Origin: Myxococcota bacterium
Lineage (GTDB): Bacteria; Myxococcota_A; UBA9160; UBA4427
Assembly (NCBI GenBank): GCA_965250285.1
Contig: OZ252299.1
Coordinates: 5,088,001-5,152,000, forward strand
Length of the DNA: 64,000 nt
Direction: 5' to 3'
A program made the translations under genes and the position numbers. A model generated the notes under the pieces. The model was not told the DNA's origin, ran no database searches, and saw nothing but the letters and a program-made list of their open reading frames with translations. The number at the start of each line of letters is the position of its first letter. Position 1 is the first letter of the stretch. Positions 58,122-64,000 of this stretch are shown in pieces.

Positions 58122-59360
58122 ATGCGCGACGTGCGCATGAAGGGGTTCGCCGAGCGGGCGGACGTCGAAGAGGTCGACGAATTCCTCGCGTCGCACACGG
58201 GCGCGCTCGCCGCCGAGTCGGTCCCGTTGCTCGCGTGCGTGGGGCGCGTCCTCGCCGTCGACGTGACCGCGCGCGTCGACGTGCCGGGGTTCCGACGATC
58301 GGCGATGGACGGCTACGCCGTGCGCGGCGAAGAGACCTTCGGTGCGAGCGCGTACGATCCGATTGCGCTCGCGATCGTCGGTCTGTCGTTGCCGGGTTCG
58401 CCTCATGACGGTGCGCTCGCACCCGGCCGGGCCGTGCGCATCATGACGGGCGCGCCCGTACCGGAGGGCGCCGATGCGGTCGTGATGGCCGAGGTGTGCG
58501 AGGAGCGCGACGGTCGCGTCGAGATCACCGAGCCGGTTGCGCCCACCAAGAACGTCGGCGTGATCGGCGAGGACATACGAAGCGGTGATGTGGTGCTGCG
58601 CGCGGGCCGCCGACTGCGCCCGCAGGATGCCGGGTTGCTCTCGTCGATCGGCGCTTCGATGGTCTCGTGTGTTCGCCGCCCGCGCGTGCGGCTGATCGTG
58701 ACCGGCGACGAGCTGCTCGAAGCGGGGAGCACGCCGTCGGGCTCGCACATCGTCGACAGCAACTCGGTGGTCCTGCGCGCCCTGGTGGCACGCGACGGCG
58801 GCGATGCGCTGCCGTTCGAGATCCTGCCCGACGTGCCGGAGCGCATTCGCGACGCGCTCTGCGACGCCGACGCCGACGTCGTGCTCGTATCGGGCGGCAG
58901 CTCGGTCGGGCAGGAGGATCACGCGCCGCGCCTGCTGGCCGAGGTCGGCGAGCTCGACTTCCACGGCATCTCGATGCGCCCGTCGAGCCCGACGGGCGTC
59001 GGCCGCATCGGCGATACGTTCGTCTTCTTGTTGCCGGGCAACCCGGTCAGCTGTCTCGCCGCCTACGAGTTCTTTGCCGGACCGACATTGCGCGCGCTCG
59101 GGGGGCGTCCGCGACGCTGGCCGCATCGGCGCCTCGAGCTGCCGCTCGGCCGCAAGATCGCGTCGGCCATCGGGCGCACCGACTACGTTCGGGTCGCGGT
59201 CGAAGACGGTCGAGCGATCCCGCTCGCCACATCGGGCGCCTCGATCCTGTCGTCGACGGTGCGTGCTGCGGGTGCCGTGATCGTGCCGCGCGAGCTCGAA
59301 GGGATGCCAGAGGGGGCCGTGGTCGAGGTGCTGGCCTACGACGAGGACGCAGAGGAATGA
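58122..59360 (+). CDS. moeA: Molybdopterin molybdo/tungstotransferase MoeA
   Basis: RSAMDGYAV, IMTGAPVPEGADAVV, TGDEL, SGGSSVG, LLPGNPVS. Confidence 0.95.
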   Translation: MRDVRMKGFAERADVEEVDEFLASHTGALAAESVPLLACVGRVLAVDVTARVDVPGFRRSAMDGYAVRGEETFGASAYDPIALAIVGLSLPGSPHDGALAPGRAVRIMTGAPVPEGADAVVMAEVCEERDGRVEITEPVAPTKNVGVIGEDIRSGDVVLRAGRRLRPQDAGLLSSIGASMVSCVRRPRVRLIVTGDELLEAGSTPSGSHIVDSNSVVLRALVARDGGDALPFEILPDVPERIRDALCDADADVVLVSGGSSVGQEDHAPRLLAEVGELDFHGISMRPSSPTGVGRIGDTFVFLLPGNPVSCLAAYEFFAGPTLRALGGRPRRWPHRRLELPLGRKIASAIGRTDYVRVAVEDGRAIPLATSGASILSSTVRAAGAVIVPRELEGMPEGAVVEVLAYDEDAEE

Positions 59361-61291
59361 AGCAGCAGCAGTTCCTCGAAGTGCTCGACCGGGACGAGGC
59401 CGAAGCGCGCTGGCGAGCGGTGATCGACGCCTCGCCGCGCGGCGTCGAGACGGTGGTGCTCGCGCACGCCCTCGGCCGAGTGCTGGCCGAGCACGTCGCG
59501 ACCGACGTCGACGTGCCGGGCTTCGACCGCTCGAACATGGACGGCTTCGCCGTGCGCGCCGCCGATACGTTCGGCGCGAGCGAAGAAGAGCCGATTCGGT
59601 TGAGGAAGAACGCCGAGATCCTGCCGACCGGCGTGACGCCGACCGAGGAGGTCGCGCCGGGCACCGCGACTCTGATCGCGACCGGCGGCATGTTGCCTCG
59701 GGGCGCCGATGCCGTGGTGCCCGTCGAGATGACCGACGTCGACGCCGCCGACCCCGACGTGGTGATCGTGCGCGGCATGCGCGCGCCCGGCGCAGCGATC
59801 TCGTACGCCGGCACCGACATGGGCATGGGCGAGACGGTGCTGTTCGAAGGCACGCATCTCACTTCGCGCGAGACGGGTGTACTCGCCGCCATCGGCCGAG
59901 ATTCCGTCGCGGTGGTGCGGCGACCGAAGGTCGCGATCCTCTCGACGGGCGACGAGGTCGTGCAGCCCGGCGCCGCGATGCGACCGGGCCTCGTCTACGA
60001 CAGCAACGGTCGGATCCTCGCCGACGCCGTCGCCGAGCTCGGCGCCGAGCCGTGGTTCCTCGGGGTCGTGCCCGACGATCTCGATGCGGTGCGCGAGGCG
60101 CTCGACCGCGCCATCGCGGGCGCCGACATGGTGCTGCTCTCAGGGGGCACGTCGAAGGGCGAGGGCGACCTCAACGCCAAGGTCGTGACTGAGCTCGACC
60201 CGGGCGTGGTGGTGCACGGCGTGGCGCTCAAGCCGGGCAAGCCGATCTGTCTGGCGGCCGAGGGCGACAAGCCCGTGGTGATCCTGCCCGGGTTTCCGAC
60301 GTCGGCGATCTTCACCTTCCACGAGTTCGTCGCCCCCGTGATTCGAGAGATGGCGGGTCACGCAACGGGCGAGCGCGCGACGCGCCCCGCGCGTCTCGCG
60401 CAGAAGGTCGTGTCGGAGCGCGGGCGCCTCGAGTATCTGCTCGTGGGCCTCGTGCACGACGACGCCGGCGGCCTCGCGGCCTATCCGATGGGCAAGGGCA
60501 GCGGCAGCGTCACGTCGTTCAGCCGCGCCGACGGCTTCGTTCGGGTCGGCCGCAACACGGAGATCGTCGAAGCCGACGCCCCCGTGGACGTCACGCTGGT
60601 CGGACACGACCTCGACGTCGCCGATCTCGTCGTGATCGGCAGCCACTGCACCGGTCTCGATCTGATCGCCGCGGCGCTCGCGCGGCAGGGCCACCGGCTG
60701 AAGGTGTTGTCGGTCGGCAGTCAGGGTGGTCTCTCGGCAGCGAAGCGGGGGGAGTGCGACGTCGCGCCCATGCACCTGCTCGATCCCGAGACCGGCACGT
60801 ACAACGCGCCCTTTCTCGACGCGTCGCTTCGGCTGCTGCCCGGGTACACGCGCATGCAGGGTGTCGTGACCCGGCCCGACGACACGCGCGACATCGACGA
60901 GATCCTGGCCGACCCGTCGGCGCGCATGGTGAACCGCAACCGGGGCGCCGGCACCCGCGTGCTGATCGATGAGCTGCTCGGTGAGCGGCGCCCCCCCGGC
61001 TTCGCCTACGAGCCCAGATCACACCATGCGGTGTCAGCCGCCGTCACCCAGAAGCGAGCCGATTGGGGCGTGACGATCGAGAGCGTCGCGCGGCAGGCGG
61101 GCCTCGGGTTCCGGCCGCTGCGTCGGGAGCGGTACGACTTCGCCATACCCGCGGGCCGCTGGAATCGTCCGGCCGTCATCGCCCTGCGCCAGCTGCTCGA
61201 ACCGGGCAGCGACGTGCGCACGGCGCTGGCCGAGCGCGGCTTCGGGGCACCCGAGGCGCCCGCGGACCCGGCGAGGGCGGTGGACCGTTGA
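59357..61291 (+). CDS. moeA: MoeA fused to C-terminal periplasmic-binding-protein-like domain
   Basis: RSNMDGFAV, SGGTSKG, LPGFPTS; then IGSHC, VGSQGG, HLLD, NRNRGAGTR, ERYDF; ATGA overlap. Confidence 0.93.
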   Translation: MKQQQFLEVLDRDEAEARWRAVIDASPRGVETVVLAHALGRVLAEHVATDVDVPGFDRSNMDGFAVRAADTFGASEEEPIRLRKNAEILPTGVTPTEEVAPGTATLIATGGMLPRGADAVVPVEMTDVDAADPDVVIVRGMRAPGAAISYAGTDMGMGETVLFEGTHLTSRETGVLAAIGRDSVAVVRRPKVAILSTGDEVVQPGAAMRPGLVYDSNGRILADAVAELGAEPWFLGVVPDDLDAVREALDRAIAGADMVLLSGGTSKGEGDLNAKVVTELDPGVVVHGVALKPGKPICLAAEGDKPVVILPGFPTSAIFTFHEFVAPVIREMAGHATGERATRPARLAQKVVSERGRLEYLLVGLVHDDAGGLAAYPMGKGSGSVTSFSRADGFVRVGRNTEIVEADAPVDVTLVGHDLDVADLVVIGSHCTGLDLIAAALARQGHRLKVLSVGSQGGLSAAKRGECDVAPMHLLDPETGTYNAPFLDASLRLLPGYTRMQGVVTRPDDTRDIDEILADPSARMVNRNRGAGTRVLIDELLGERRPPGFAYEPRSHHAVSAAVTQKRADWGVTIESVARQAGLGFRPLRRERYDFAIPAGRWNRPAVIALRQLLEPGSDVRTALAERGFGAPEAPADPARAVDR

Positions 61292-61547
61292 TGGCACCCG
61301 GGCGTCGCGTTAGCTTGAACCGAGCCATGAGCGAAGCCAGTCCACCTAGCCAGAGCGGGCCACCCGGCCCGGCCCTCCTGGCCCCCGACGACAACGAGCC
61401 CGCCCAACCGGTGAGGTGCCCGCGCTCCCCGTTCGCGCGATTGGGTCGACTTCGCCCCAGCCGGGCGACGCGTCGCGTGGCCCGTCGTCGGTCCCGCGCG
61501 AAATCCGCTCAGCTTCGACTGCGTGCGTCCCGAATAGAGAGTGACTC

Positions 61548-62819
61548 ATGACGATCGCCGTCCTTCTCTTCATCATCGTGGCGTGTCTCGCCGGTTCGGC
61601 GTTCTTCTCGTCGAGTGAGACGGCCCTCTTCCGCATCCGCCAGCACGACCTCGAAGAGGACATGCAGGGCACCCAGGGCCCCGCCGCGGTCGCGGTGCGC
61701 GAGCTCGTCTCGTCGTCGTCGCGCCTGCTCGTCACGATTCTGCTCGGCAACAACGTCGTGAACATCCTCGGCGCGTCGGTGGCTTCAGCCCTCGCGGTCC
61801 AGACGTTCGGGCCGAAGATCGGCATACCGATCGCGACGCTCGTGATGACGCTGCTCGTGCTCTTCCTCTGCGAGATCCTCCCGAAGGCGGTGGCCGCGTC
61901 ACATCCCCGCGGCGTCTCGCTGCTCGTCGGGCTGCCGCTCTACGTGATCCACCAGATGCTGCGTCCGGTGCACAAGCTCTTCGACAAGGTGATCGATCCG
62001 ATCGTGCGACGCGCGACCGGTGGTGCTGCCTCGGAGGGTGGCATGTCGCCCGAGCAGGTACTGCGGCTCGCGCGCGAGGTGCGCGAGGACGACGAAGCCG
62101 GCTCGCCGCTCGCGATCATGGGCGCGACGAGCGAAGCGGCCGAGCTGCACGTGACCGACATCATGGTGCCTCGCACCGAGATCGAAGCCTTTCCGGTCTC
62201 GACCGAGCCCGCCGAGCTGCTCGAGTCGCTGCTGCAGAGCCGCTACACCCGCGTGCCGATCTACGACGACGACATCGACAACGTGCTCGGCATCGTGCAC
62301 CTCAAAGATCTGATCAAGTTCGTGAACGACGACGGCAAGGATCTGCAGGCGATCCTCAAGCCGATCATTCGTGTGCCCGAGCGCAAGCCGATCCTGCGGC
62401 TGTTGACCGACATGCAGCGTGGCTTCTGCCACGTGGCCGTCGTGAAGGACGAGTTCGGGGTCACCCAGGGTCTCGTGACTCAGGAGGACATCCTCGAAGA
62501 GATCGTCGGTGAGATTCGCGACGAGTTCGACAGCGAGGAGCTCTACACGATTCGCGAGCTGCGCGACGGCAGCTACGAGGTGCTCGGTCGCGTGTCGGTG
62601 CTCGACTTCAACCGCGAGAGCGGCTGGGCCGTGCCGGCCGAGCGCGGCGACACGATCGGCGGCCTCATCTTCAACACCCTCGAGCGTGCGCCGCGCAAGG
62701 GCGAGGTGATTCAGCTGCCCGGCTACGACCTCACCTGTGTGGACGTCTCGGGCAGTCGCATCGCGCGCGTGCGGATCGAAGAACGACCCGACGCCGGCGA
62801 GCACCGCGACGTCGCCTGA
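61548..62819 (+). CDS. CNNM/CorC (hemolysin TlyC-like) CBS-domain transporter
   Basis: SAFFSSSETAL, TILLGNN, EILPK, IMVPR, YTRVPIY, DEFG, EDILEEIVGEIRDEFD. Confidence 0.95.
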   Translation: MTIAVLLFIIVACLAGSAFFSSSETALFRIRQHDLEEDMQGTQGPAAVAVRELVSSSSRLLVTILLGNNVVNILGASVASALAVQTFGPKIGIPIATLVMTLLVLFLCEILPKAVAASHPRGVSLLVGLPLYVIHQMLRPVHKLFDKVIDPIVRRATGGAASEGGMSPEQVLRLAREVREDDEAGSPLAIMGATSEAAELHVTDIMVPRTEIEAFPVSTEPAELLESLLQSRYTRVPIYDDDIDNVLGIVHLKDLIKFVNDDGKDLQAILKPIIRVPERKPILRLLTDMQRGFCHVAVVKDEFGVTQGLVTQEDILEEIVGEIRDEFDSEELYTIRELRDGSYEVLGRVSVLDFNRESGWAVPAERGDTIGGLIFNTLERAPRKGEVIQLPGYDLTCVDVSGSRIARVRIEERPDAGEHRDVA

Positions 62820-62833
62820 ACAGGTTCGCCTCA

Positions 62834-64000
62834 TTGCCCCCTCGCGGTCGACCCAAGCGTGGCGCGCCGCCGCGCCGCGCCTCTGATCAGCCGCCGACGA
62901 CATGCACGCTCAAGATCGATCGATTCGCCGCCGGCGGCGACGCGGTCGCGGTCCGGGACGATGGCAAGACCGTGTTCGTTGCCGACGCCGTCCCCGGCGA
63001 CGTGGTCCGCGTCACCGTCGTCGAGGAGCGAAAGCGCTTCGCGAAGGCCCGCGTCGAGGCGGTCATCGAACCGAGCCCCGACCGCGTCGAGCCCGCGTGC
63101 CGACACTTCGGTCGCTGCGGCGGATGCACGTGGCAACACGTGCGCTACCCGAAACAGGTCGATGCGAAGGCCCGCATCCTGCGCGATGCGCTCGAGCGCA
63201 TCGGCGGCTTTCGCCTCGATGCCGACCCGCCGATGACCGCGTCGCCGGAGCCGCTGCACTACCGCGGTCGCGCGCGGGTTCGGGTCGATCGCGAACGGGT
63301 CGGTTTTCTCGAACGATCGTCGCATCGGCTCTGCGCGGTCGAGATGTGCCCGGTGCTGGCGCCCGAGCTCGAACAGGCCGTGCTCGGTCTCGGCCGGGCC
63401 GACGTCGCCGACGGGGAGTGGTCGCTCACGGTCGGCGTGAACGGCGAGGTCTCTTCGCTATCCGAGGCGACGCGCGAAGATGAGGCAAAGCGACCGGCGC
63501 CGGTCGAGCTCGAGGTGCAGGGTCGCCGCGTCGCGCTCGACGCCCGCGCGTTCAGTCAGGCCAATCGCTTGTTGCATGCGACGCTCGTCGAGCGCGTGCT
63601 CGATGTCGCGTTGGGAGACGCGGGCGACACCAGCGGGTGGCGCGTGCTCGAAGTGCATGCGGGCGTGGGCTTCTTCACGGGTGCGCTCGCGGATCGAGTC
63701 GGTCGCGTCGTCGCGGTCGAAGCCGATCCGCACGCCGCGTCGTGGCTCGCGCAGAACGTCGCCACCCGGGTCGACGTCATCGCCAGCTCGTTCGAAGCGG
63801 CGGCGTCGCGACTCGGCGATCACGCGTTCGATGCGGTCGTCCTCGATCCGCCGCGTGCCGGGCTCGCGCCGGCCGAACTCGCGACGCTGCGCGATCTCGG
63901 CGCGCCGCGCATCGCGTATCTGTCGTGTGATCCAGCGACGCTTGCGCGCGATGCGCGTGGCCTCGCCGACGCCGGCTACCGGCTCGAGCAGGCCGAGGGC
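62834..64000 (+). CDS. rlmD: 23S rRNA m5U methyltransferase RlmD/TrmA family (3' truncated; not in the ORF track)
   Basis: TRAM-like KTVFVADAVPGD, CRHFGRCGGCTWQH, FSQAN, DPPRAG, YLSCDPATLARD; TTG start at 62834 tentative. Confidence 0.88.
   Translation, partial: MPPRGRPKRGAPPRRASDQPPTTCTLKIDRFAAGGDAVAVRDDGKTVFVADAVPGDVVRVTVVEERKRFAKARVEAVIEPSPDRVEPACRHFGRCGGCTWQHVRYPKQVDAKARILRDALERIGGFRLDADPPMTASPEPLHYRGRARVRVDRERVGFLERSSHRLCAVEMCPVLAPELEQAVLGLGRADVADGEWSLTVGVNGEVSSLSEATREDEAKRPAPVELEVQGRRVALDARAFSQANRLLHATLVERVLDVALGDAGDTSGWRVLEVHAGVGFFTGALADRVGRVVAVEADPHAASWLAQNVATRVDVIASSFEAAASRLGDHAFDAVVLDPPRAGLAPAELATLRDLGAPRIAYLSCDPATLARDARGLADAGYRLEQAEG

Noticed and set aside
61328..61551. Small ORF ending at the CNNM start
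   Set aside because: Low-complexity Pro/Arg sequence with no motif or clear RBS
1..64000. Prophage, IS element, defence island, tRNA or rRNA
   Set aside because: No integrase, transposase, phage or defence motifs recognised, no sustained composition shift, and no RNA gene recognised by eye; a covariance-model scan would be needed to exclude small RNAs

Overview
High-GC bacterial chromosomal window, most consistent with a Myxococcota-like organism (inferred from a DUF6178 gene, a PEP-CTERM protein and a PDZ/GAF sensor kinase). It is mostly housekeeping and metabolic: the proS 3' end, a flap endonuclease, a complete SUF operon (Rrf2-sufBCDSUT) with two tandem IscR-type boxes, folK, APS reductase, aconitase, nadE, MlaA/MlaC, an SPT-like enzyme, a moaD-aor-moeA-moeA (probable tungsten) cluster, a CNNM transporter and a partial rlmD. 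I saw no rRNA, tRNA, transposase, integrase or CRISPR array. Main points of interest: (1) a stand-alone 70-aa bacterial histone-fold gene with a Lys/Arg-rich N-terminal tail (30605-30817), hidden inside a spurious long ORF, with its own promoter, RBS and terminator; (2) an aminotransferase-luxE-luxC operon that suggests acid->aldehyde->amine chemistry, whose luxE/luxC spacer is amplified as a 4x43-bp array; (3) an Smr-ApaH fusion divergent from a DHH phosphoesterase; (4) a cold-shock protein with an extra N-terminal domain and RGG linker; (5) an exported PheC-like/chorismate mutase fusion; (6) a DUF3179 gene broken by one TAA; (7) recurrent tandem duplications at gene ends. All family calls come from motif recognition by eye, not from database searches.
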